Source: an uncultured Desulfurivibrio sp. (GTDB lineage: Bacteria > Desulfobacterota > Desulfobulbia > Desulfobulbales > Desulfurivibrionaceae). From it: a DNA stretch of 32,000 nucleotides. Under the pieces are notes generated by a model. That model was not told where the DNA came from. It was given only the letters and a program-made list of their open reading frames with translations, and searched no databases. Where the stretch lies: NCBI GenBank assembly GCA_964588325.1, contig CAZPOR010000002.1, forward strand, positions 242,919 to 274,918. The letters are read 5' to 3'. Below, one piece after another: positions 25,938-32,000 of the stretch. The translations under genes and the position numbers were made by a program. How positions within the stretch are numbered: position 1 is the first letter of the stretch; each line of letters starts with the position of its first letter.

Positions 25938-26780
25938 GTGGAGTCAGTTCGTATCCCTGATTTTTTCGAGGTCGGTCCCAACCGGCCTTTTTTATTGATC
26001 GGCGGCCCGTGCGTCATCGAATCGGCCGAGTTGTGCCGTGAAGTGGCTGCGGGGCTTCAAGAGATCTGCGGCCGGCTGGGCATCTCCTATATGTTCAAGG
26101 CCTCCTTTGACAAGGCCAACCGGACCTCGCTCGCTGCCTTCCGTGGCCCCGGCCTGGACGAGGGCTTGCGCATCCTGGCCGATATCCGCCGGGATTTCGG
26201 GGTGCCGGTGGTTTCCGATGTGCATGAGGTGGCCCAGGTGGGGCCGGCCGCCGAGGTCTTGGATGTCTTGCAGATTCCGGCCTTTCTCTGTCGTCAGACC
26301 GATCTGCTGGTGGCCGCCGCGCAAACCGGCAAGGTGGTGAGTCTCAAGAAAGGCCAGTTTGTCTCGCCCTGGGACATGCAGCATGCGGTGAGCAAGATCA
26401 ACGCGGTGGCTAAACACAAGCTGATGCTCATGGAACGGGGCGCCACCTTCGGCTACAACAATCTGGTCGTGGACATGCGCTCCCTGCCGGTGATGCGTTC
26501 CTTCGGCTGCCCGGTTATCTACGACGCCACCCACAGCGTCCAATTACCCGGCGGGGCAGGGTCCAGTTCCGGCGGCCAGCGCGAGTTCATCCCTCCCCTT
26601 GCCCGGGCCGCGGTGGCGGCGGGGATTGACGGCTTGTTCATGGAGATCCATCCCGATCCGGCCAAGGCCCTGTGCGACGGGCCAAATTCCATGCCGCTTA
26701 AGGGAGTGGAGCCGCTGCTCGCCCATCTCCTGGAGATTCATACCCTTGTTCAGCGCCAGGCCGCGGAGGGTGGTCCATGA
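25938..26780 (+). CDS. kdsA: 2-dehydro-3-deoxyphosphooctonate (KDO-8-P) aldolase
   Basis: FLLIGGPCVIES...SYMFKASFDKANRTS..FRGPGL..GL.IL......GVPVVSDVHE...LQIPAFLCRQTDL are KdsA motifs. The start at GTG 25938 is preceded by TAAGGAGA, giving 280 aa. Confidence 0.92.
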   Translation: MESVRIPDFFEVGPNRPFLLIGGPCVIESAELCREVAAGLQEICGRLGISYMFKASFDKANRTSLAAFRGPGLDEGLRILADIRRDFGVPVVSDVHEVAQVGPAAEVLDVLQIPAFLCRQTDLLVAAAQTGKVVSLKKGQFVSPWDMQHAVSKINAVAKHKLMLMERGATFGYNNLVVDMRSLPVMRSFGCPVIYDATHSVQLPGGAGSSSGGQREFIPPLARAAVAAGIDGLFMEIHPDPAKALCDGPNSMPLKGVEPLLAHLLEIHTLVQRQAAEGGP

Positions 26781-27421
26781 CCGGCAATGGCTCCTGCGGC
26801 ATCCCGGGCGGGCTGTATCCATCCGATTGCGAGGTCACCGAAGGGCTGCGCCAGCGGGCCATGTCGCGGAGCGGCCAGGACGAGCGCGGTTATGCCTGGC
26901 GCGCCTGCCTGCCGCGCGCCAAGGAGATCCGGCTCCTGCTCCTTGACGTGGACGGGGTGCTCACCGACGGCTCCATCACATACGGGAATTCCGGCGCGGA
27001 GCTGAAATCCTTCAACATCAAGGACGGCTTCGGCATCCGCCTTCTGCGGGAATCGGGCGTGGAGGTGGGCATTATCACCGCCCGCCGCTCCGAAGCGGTG
27101 GAGCGCAGGGCCCAGGACTTGAAGCTGGCCCATCTCTACCAGGGAGTGGGCAACAAGCTCGAGGCCTTTGCCGAGATCCTCGCCGCCCAGAAGCTCACTC
27201 CCCAGCAGGTTGCTTACATGGGCGATGACTGGCTCGATCTGCCCCTGCTCAGCCGGGTGGGGTTGGCTGTAACGGCGGCCGATGGGGTGGCCGAGGTCAA
27301 ATCGGTTGCCCATTATGTGACCAGGCAGGACGGAGGGAGGGGTGCGGTGCGCGAGCTGTGCGAGCTGATTGTCGAGGCCAAGGGAATGCGGGAAGAGCTG
27401 CTGGCGAGGTATTTGCGATGA
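26777..27421 (+). CDS. kdsC: KDO-8-phosphate phosphatase (HAD superfamily, KdsC)
   Basis: IRLLLLDVDGVLTDGSITY...ELKSFNIKDGFGIRLL...GIITAR....V..RA..L......G..NK......MGDDWLDLP is the KdsC/HAD pattern. ATG 26777 overlaps the kdsA stop (ATGA). The N-terminus is about 30 aa longer than usual, so ATG 26861 is an alternative start. Confidence 0.88.
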   Translation: MTGNGSCGIPGGLYPSDCEVTEGLRQRAMSRSGQDERGYAWRACLPRAKEIRLLLLDVDGVLTDGSITYGNSGAELKSFNIKDGFGIRLLRESGVEVGIITARRSEAVERRAQDLKLAHLYQGVGNKLEAFAEILAAQKLTPQQVAYMGDDWLDLPLLSRVGLAVTAADGVAEVKSVAHYVTRQDGGRGAVRELCELIVEAKGMREELLARYLR

Positions 27422-27993
27422 TGACCGGCTACCGCAACATTCTCTGGCTGCTGCCCGTGGCCCTCTTTCTCTCCTGGCCGGTTTGGGGCGGGCCGTTTAC
27501 CCGGATTCTCTCTCCCCGCGGCGGCATGAATTCCGGCGCTATCCTTGCTGCGCCCAAGGCCGCGACCGCAGGCGCCGGTTTCAGCATGGAGGGGGTCCTG
27601 TTTTCCCAGTTGAAAAACGGGGGGCGGGACTGGGATATCCTGGCCAAGCGGCTCTATTCCGGAGAAGACCAGGACAAAATGCAGCTCGTCGCGGTGGAGG
27701 CGCAGGTTTTCAAGAACGCTGAACGCAGGTTTGTGATTACCGGTCAGGAAGGCGAATACAACAGCAAGAAAAAAATTCTCACCATGCGCAAAGAAGTCAA
27801 GGTGCAGGCCGAGAAAGGCATGCTGATTCAGTCCGACAGCCTCAGCTATGACGATCAGGCCCGAAAGATCACGACCCTGGCCCCGGTGCAGATCACCGAC
27901 AAAAACCTGGATATCCGCGGCAAGGGGATGGCGTATGACATGGAAAAGGATGCCTACGATGTCAGCGGCCGGGTTAAGGTGGACATTCAGTGA
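27418..27993 (+). CDS. lptC: LPS export system protein LptC
   Basis: A single N-terminal TM (ILWLLPVALFLSWPVWG) is followed by a beta-jellyroll-like region with the typical L..V.......R..I....G.Y.......L...V pattern. It lies after kdsC as in kdsC-lptC operons. ATG 27418 overlaps the kdsC stop. Confidence 0.75.
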   Translation: MMTGYRNILWLLPVALFLSWPVWGGPFTRILSPRGGMNSGAILAAPKAATAGAGFSMEGVLFSQLKNGGRDWDILAKRLYSGEDQDKMQLVAVEAQVFKNAERRFVITGQEGEYNSKKKILTMRKEVKVQAEKGMLIQSDSLSYDDQARKITTLAPVQITDKNLDIRGKGMAYDMEKDAYDVSGRVKVDIQ

Positions 27994-28019
27994 GAGTGGC
28001 ATAAGGAAAAAGGCAACGC

Positions 28020-28727
28020 GTGAAAGACATTCCCTTGAAAGAACGGATCATCCTGGCCCTTGATGTGGAAACCCCGGAACAGGCCAGGGAGCTGGTGAAA
28101 AAAACCGAGTCCCACCTGAGTTTTTACAAGGTCGGACTACAGCTTTTCATGGCCGACTGGTTCCAGACCGTTGACTGGCTGGTTGCTCGGGGCCACAAGG
28201 TGATGCTGGATCTCAAATTTTTCGATATCCCGGAGACGGTCAAGCTGGCCGTGGCCCAACTGAGAAGCCACGGAGTGAGCCTGGCCACGGTCCACGGCAA
28301 TGACCCGATCATCCGGGCGGCCCTAGAGGAAAAAGGCGAGATCAAGCTCTTGGCCGTGACCGTGCTTACCAGTTTCGGTGAAGAAGACCTGCGGGCCATG
28401 GGCATGACCCAGTCCATCGAGGATCTCGTTTATTTCCGGGCCAAACGGGCGCTAGAACTGGGCTGCGACGGGGTGGTTTCCTCCGGCCTTGAGGCCGCCC
28501 GCTTGCGTGGCGGGCTTGGCGAGAAGCTGTTGCTGGTCACGCCGGGGATCAGGCCTGGGGCCAACGTGCTGGACACGGCCGACGATCAGACCCGGATCAT
28601 GACCGCAGGCCGCGCCATCATAAGCGGCGCCGACCAGGTGGTCGTGGGCCGTCCCATCTCCAAGGCCGCTGATCCCATCGCGGTTATCGAAGCCATGCAG
28701 CAGGAGATTGCCCAGGCTCTTCGATAA
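28020..28727 (+). CDS. pyrF: Orotidine 5'-phosphate decarboxylase
   Basis: IILALDV...A..LV........YKVG..LF........L...G.KVMLDLKFFDIPETV...VHG...........LLAVTVLTS...PGIRP....DDQ.R are PyrF catalytic motifs (DxKxxD). The start is GTG. Confidence 0.9.
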   Translation: MKDIPLKERIILALDVETPEQARELVKKTESHLSFYKVGLQLFMADWFQTVDWLVARGHKVMLDLKFFDIPETVKLAVAQLRSHGVSLATVHGNDPIIRAALEEKGEIKLLAVTVLTSFGEEDLRAMGMTQSIEDLVYFRAKRALELGCDGVVSSGLEAARLRGGLGEKLLLVTPGIRPGANVLDTADDQTRIMTAGRAIISGADQVVVGRPISKAADPIAVIEAMQQEIAQALR

Positions 28728-28880
28728 GACAAGAGCCTGGCGGGTACCTGGGCGTCAGAATTTCCTTCCCCTTCCGTTTGTGTGCGCGGAAAACAGCGGC
28801 TCATTTTTTATGGGCGAACACGCTCCGCTGTCTTCAAAGGCCGACAGGACAAGCATCCTGGGCAACTTTTTCTCCTCCTC

Positions 28881-28909
28881 TTTACATCCGGTTTTTCAGG
28901 GCATATAGT
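28881..28909 (+). promoter_or_regulatory. Sigma70-type promoter candidate for the small-protein/redox cluster
   Basis: TTTACA (28881-28886), a 17-nt spacer, then TATAGT (28904-28909). It lies 45 nt upstream of ATG 28954. Confidence 0.45.
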
Positions 28910-28953
28910 ACAAGATATGAAGTCTGAACAGCAGAACAACAGGAGGATGCGCC

Positions 28954-29202
28954 ATGCACACCAAAGAAGAGCTGTGTGAGAAGATCAAGGCTGTTTTTCC
29001 GGAGATCGGCGCCTGCGGCATCGATCTCAAAGTTGATTACGACAAGAACAACAAGGCCTGGGTCGTTGATCTCAAGAAAGACAAACATGAGCTCAAGACC
29101 TTCCTGGAAGACTCCGAAGCGCAACAGTGCATGGACGGCAAGCAATGTGTGTCTCTGGGCCTGCAGATCGGCCAGCTCAGGAAGAATATTGAGCAACTGT
29201 AG
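28954..29202 (+). CDS. Hypothetical small protein A (82 aa, four Cys)
   Basis: A strong AGGAGG RBS lies 6 nt before the ATG. GC3-rich codon usage matches neighbouring genes. I cannot assign a family. The 138-aa antisense ORF 28882-29298 has no comparable RBS. Confidence 0.6.
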   Translation: MHTKEELCEKIKAVFPEIGACGIDLKVDYDKNNKAWVVDLKKDKHELKTFLEDSEAQQCMDGKQCVSLGLQIGQLRKNIEQL

Positions 29203-29346
29203 CGGTCCATTTTTGGTGCATAAATAGACAAAGCGGATCGTTTCTCTTTGTAGAGGACAAAAAGGAGGTGAGTCCAGAAAACACACTGCATATTTCATGA
29301 TACGGGCCAGTCATAATCCGACAACTTCAAACAGAGGGGTGGAGCC

Positions 29347-29649
29347 ATGGACGTTAAAGATTATTGCAGGAATGTGGATACGGAACTCACGGCGTGGAAA
29401 GCAAAACTGTACAACGTCATCCGCCAGATGGATAAACTGCCGACAGGCGACAAGCAGCGGGTGTATGAAAAGATCAACGGCCTGAACATCGTCATGACAG
29501 AGCTTGATGATCGACTTGACCAGTTGCGGACTGCATGTCCAACGGAATGGAGCCCGGCGCGGAAAGAAATCAGTAGTAAGATGGCGGATCTGGGGAGCAA
29601 GTATGAAGAGACAGCGCGCGAGTTTTTCGACTATGAGATCGGCGGCTGA
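29347..29649 (+). CDS. Hypothetical small helical protein B (100 aa, C-P-T-E-W motif, ends in GG)
   Basis: A GAGGGGTGGAG RBS region precedes the ATG. The residue pattern is heptad-like and charged, and the codon usage looks coding. No family recognised. Confidence 0.6.
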   Translation: MDVKDYCRNVDTELTAWKAKLYNVIRQMDKLPTGDKQRVYEKINGLNIVMTELDDRLDQLRTACPTEWSPARKEISSKMADLGSKYEETAREFFDYEIGG

Positions 29650-29829
29650 CCTCCTGTTTTTTTGTGGGATGCAGGTTGAGTAACAGCATAATTTTAGCGG
29701 CAAACTTCACAGGGAGAATCTCCATGATAACCAGAGGGTCCCGGATTGCAGGGATGACTGCCCGCATCCGGGGCCTGTGCCGACTGTGAGAATTTTTATC
29801 ATTCGCTAGCCACACAAGGAGGGACAACC

Positions 29830-30399
29830 ATGACGGAAAAAATCCAATGGCGTACGGAAATGGACGATGCCCTGTGTCTGGGGCAGAAGGCGGGGAAACC
29901 GATCCTGCTCGATTTTTTCAACCCCAACTGAATTGGCTGCCAACAGATGGATACAGTTACGTATCCCGAAAGCAAGGTTGTCCGGTTCATCGAGGAAAAT
30001 TTTATCCCGCTGCGGCTTTTGTCCGACAGCAAGCCCCATTCGGAGAAATACAACGTCAAGTGGACGCCCACCCTGATAACCTTGAGCCCGGAAGCCCAGG
30101 AACATCACCGGACCGTGGGTTTTTTGGGGCCGGAGGAGTTGATTCCCTCGCTCCTGCTGGGGCTGGGCAAATACCATTTTGAAAATGACCGTTTTGACGA
30201 GGCCCTGTCCCGCCTTGAGCAACTGGTTGACGGGTATGGCCAAAGCGGCAGCGTCCCGGAGGCCATTTTTTTGTGCGGCGTCTGCCGTTACAAGCGCTCG
30301 CATGATCCAAAGCCGCTGAAGGCCGCCTACGAAAAATTGAGCGCGGCTTTTCCAGACAGCGAATGGACCAAGCGCGCCTATCCCTATCGGCTCCTGTGA
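29830..30399 (+). CDS. Thioredoxin-fold (Thioredoxin_7-like) protein with TPR-like C-terminus; in-frame TGA at 29929-29931 read as selenocysteine (U34-I-G-C37)
   Basis: ATG 29830 is preceded by AAGGAGGG at a 6-nt spacing. Codons 1-33 give MTEKIQWRTEMDDALCLGQKAGKPILLDFFNPN, then TGA, then IGCQQMDTVTYPESKVVRFIEENFIPLRL, in the same frame as track ORF 29947-30399. The segment GKPILLDFxxxxCxxCxxMD...V..FI...F is the classic thioredoxin-like active-site neighbourhood, and the TGA sits at the first Cys position. The hairpin GGATAC-agttac-GTATCC (29949-29966) lies 17 nt after the TGA. Confidence 0.75.
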
Positions 30400-30409
30400 G
30401 CCCCTGTTC

Positions 30410-30449
30410 GCGGAAAAGTCTGGGCCGGCTCGGCTTTAGGCTTTTCCGC
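30410..30449 (+). terminator. Hairpin after the selenoprotein gene (weak terminator or processing site)
   Basis: GCGGAAAAG (30410-30418) pairs perfectly with CTTTTCCGC (30441-30449) around a 22-nt loop. Only a short, displaced T4 run follows (30457-30460). Confidence 0.3.
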
Positions 30450-30502
30450 CGCCCCGTTTTGTAAACGATTTCCTGCCGCCGGGGGGAGGATCAGGAAAGC
30501 CC

Positions 30503-31393
30503 ATGCAAGAAAACCGTTACGATTGCATCATCATCGGGGCAGGGCCTGGGGGGTTGCAGGCTGCCATCCATCTTGCCCGCTATAACCGGAAGGTCATCCT
30601 CCTCGATCACGGCGGCGGCAGGACACGCCATGCCCTGCATATCGAGAACTATCTCGGTCTTGAACGCACCTCCGGGAAAGAACTTGTTGATACCGGCATC
30701 AGGCAGATCACATCCTTCGGCGCCGAGTTCAGACGCGAGGATGTTGCCTCGGTTCGGGTCGAGAACGGGTTTGTTGTGACTACGGAAAAGGGGCGTTACC
30801 AAGCGCCCTATGCCATTGTTTCCGCCGGCGTTGTCGAGCATCCGCCGAAAATCAAGGGGATGAACAGATTTTTCAGCCGGACGGTTTTTACCTGCGTTGA
30901 CTGCGACGGCTACCGCACCACCGGCAAGAAGCTTGTCATTCTCGGCGATTCCCTCGAAGCCCTGCGCCTCGCCTTTGCCATGCGCCAGATGTTCACCCCG
31001 GATATCATGCTCATCCTGCCGGCTGGTGTTCTGCCGGACGATCATGCCGATTTGCTGGCCGAGGACGGCATTGGTTTCCTGGCCGGGGCTCCTCAGGAAT
31101 TTCTTGGCCAAACAACGTTGCGCGGCGTGAAGCTGGCAGACGGGCGGGAGATTGCCTGCCAGGTGGTCATGCTCAGTTATGAGTACACCGTGAACGATTC
31201 CTGTCTGGCAGGGCTTGCACTTGCGCGGGAAGGCAGCGGCCGCGAGCTTGCAACCGACTCTGCCTGCGAAACCTCTGTTAAAAACCTCTTTGCCTTGGGT
31301 GCCCTCAAGGCGGGCAAGGCCCAGGCTATTATTGCCGCCGGTCAGGGCGCCATGGTGGGCATCGAGATCAACCGCCGGCTGCTGAATCTGTGA
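30503..31393 (+). CDS. Thioredoxin-reductase-like flavoprotein (FAD motif and CxxC present, NADPH-binding motifs absent)
   Basis: The N-terminal YDCIIIGAGPGGLQAAIHLAR is the FAD GxGxxG motif. The redox-active FTCVDCDG corresponds to TrxB CATCDG. Where TrxB has GGGNSA...HRRD, this protein reads VILGDSLEA...MLILPAG. Confidence 0.85.
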   Translation: MQENRYDCIIIGAGPGGLQAAIHLARYNRKVILLDHGGGRTRHALHIENYLGLERTSGKELVDTGIRQITSFGAEFRREDVASVRVENGFVVTTEKGRYQAPYAIVSAGVVEHPPKIKGMNRFFSRTVFTCVDCDGYRTTGKKLVILGDSLEALRLAFAMRQMFTPDIMLILPAGVLPDDHADLLAEDGIGFLAGAPQEFLGQTTLRGVKLADGREIACQVVMLSYEYTVNDSCLAGLALAREGSGRELATDSACETSVKNLFALGALKAGKAQAIIAAGQGAMVGIEINRRLLNL

Positions 31394-31434
31394 GCAGCGC
31401 GGCATAAACCCTCATCCCGCACAGGAGGAACATC

Positions 31435-31731
31435 ATGAAACGTCAGGTCGAAATGGAAGAAACCATGCTGCGTGCGCATCGGGAGTTCCTGGAGCATCTT
31501 GAGAAATCCCTCGGCTTGCTGGCGAAGGATATTGATGAAGCCAAGGAGATGACGCATATCTGCACCGATGAGTGGTGTCGGGCCACCGAGGGTGTGCTTG
31601 ACGAGTTGGCCAAGGTCATTTTTGCGGTCAGCGAACCGCGCTGGCTCTCCACGGAAGACTCGAAAAAGATCAGCGGGTTGCGCCATCGCATGCACGATCT
31701 GTACGCCCGCTACAAAGCAGTCAAAAAATAA
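31435..31731 (+). CDS. Hypothetical small helical protein E (98 aa, C-T-D-E-W-C motif)
   Basis: An AGGAGGA RBS lies 6 nt before the ATG, and the codon usage looks coding. It sits 15 nt upstream of the oxidoreductase gene. No family recognised. Confidence 0.6.
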   Translation: MKRQVEMEETMLRAHREFLEHLEKSLGLLAKDIDEAKEMTHICTDEWCRATEGVLDELAKVIFAVSEPRWLSTEDSKKISGLRHRMHDLYARYKAVKK

Positions 31732-31746
31732 CCCCGGGAGCCACTC

Positions 31747-32000
31747 ATGTCACTGGACATCCATTTGCTTATTGGCGGCGAGGCCGGCCAGGGGTTGGTG
31801 ACCATAGGCCAGTTGCTCAGCAAGGCCCTGGTCCGGGCTGGGTATGAGGTTTTTGTCAGCCAGAGCTATCATTCGAGAATTCGCGGCGGACACAACACCT
31901 TTGCCATCCGGCTGGGCGCGGGGCCATTTTTTGCGCCCCGCGTGTCCATTGATATACTGGTGGCGCTCAACGCCGAAACCGTGGCGCTGCATCGGGGGCA
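31747..32000 (+). CDS. 2-oxoacid:ferredoxin oxidoreductase, gamma-type domain (3'-truncated by the window edge)
   Basis: My own translation from ATG 31747 is MSLDIHLLIGGEAGQGLVTIGQLLSKALVRAGYEVFVSQSYHSRIRGGHNTFAIRL... This matches the G-G-x-G-G-Q-G...Y.S..RGG pattern of POR/KOR/VOR gamma subunits. It is absent from the ORF track because no stop lies within the window. Confidence 0.8.
   Translation, partial: MSLDIHLLIGGEAGQGLVTIGQLLSKALVRAGYEVFVSQSYHSRIRGGHNTFAIRLGAGPFFAPRVSIDILVALNAETVALHRG

Noticed and set aside
28882-29298. A 138-aa ORF antisense to small protein A, and the 62-aa ORF 29297-29485 overlapping protein B. Also noted is an orphan AAGGAGG at about 29262-29268 with no start codon at a usable spacing.
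   Set aside because: The sense-strand genes have strong RBSs, a promoter candidate and coding-like GC3. The alternatives lack RBSs and give hydrophobic or low-complexity translations.
29644-29649. The C-terminal Gly-Gly of small protein B, considered as a ubiquitin-like or sulfur-carrier terminus.
   Set aside because: The rest of the protein looks all-helical and heptad-like rather than beta-grasp, so the GG ending is most likely coincidental. The genuine ThiS-GG is at 10866-11066.
1-32000. A search for CRISPR arrays, rRNA or tRNA genes, transposases, integrases, toxin-antitoxin pairs and defence-island gene content.
   Set aside because: I saw no regularly spaced direct repeats and no recognisable mobile-element or defence protein motifs. 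The window is a housekeeping and energy-metabolism region, apart from the single palindromic element at 25796-25882.

Overview
The window is a 32-kb, high-GC chromosomal segment that is almost entirely coding. Its gene content looks like an anaerobic Desulfobacterota-type (deltaproteobacterial) organism; that taxonomic guess is inference only. On the + strand, left to right:
- the end of the ribosomal alpha operon (rpoA partial, rplQ) and a DUF2294 gene
- a 460-bp gene-free stretch with promoter and terminator signals
- purE, an unusually long SulP/STAS anion transporter, and a 1190-aa pyruvate:ferredoxin oxidoreductase
- a divergent GAPDH paralogue and the anaerobic thiazole operon thiF-thiS-thiG-thiH
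- an AICAR-transformylase-only PurH

A perfect palindromic bidirectional terminator then separates these from a long minus-strand block. In transcription order that block holds a nine-heme cytochrome c, rlpA, a four-gene group-3b-type [NiFe] hydrogenase (beta-gamma-delta-alpha), a PilZ protein and motA-motB.

The + strand resumes with pyrG, a compound palindromic repeat element, kdsA-kdsC-lptC and pyrF. It ends with a cluster of small Cys-containing proteins, a thioredoxin-fold gene interrupted by an in-frame TGA, a thioredoxin-reductase-like flavoprotein that lacks NADPH-binding motifs, and the start of a 2-oxoacid:ferredoxin oxidoreductase.

Most notable observations:
1. The ORF track splits a thioredoxin-fold gene (29830-30399) at TGA 29929. 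The TGA falls exactly where the first Cys of the CxxC motif should be (NPN-U-IG-C), so this is most likely a selenoprotein.
2. This gene and its neighbours form a candidate ferredoxin-linked seleno-thiol redox module.
3. A 16-bp RNA stem that is strand-specific (one G-U pair) lies in the spacer between the hydrogenase gamma and delta genes.
4. There are candidate sRNA loci at 1.9-2.1 kb.
5. A PilZ protein with a long insertion between its two c-di-GMP motifs sits next to motAB.

No CRISPR array, rRNA, tRNA, transposase or integrase was seen. All homology statements come from motif recognition by eye; no database search was run.
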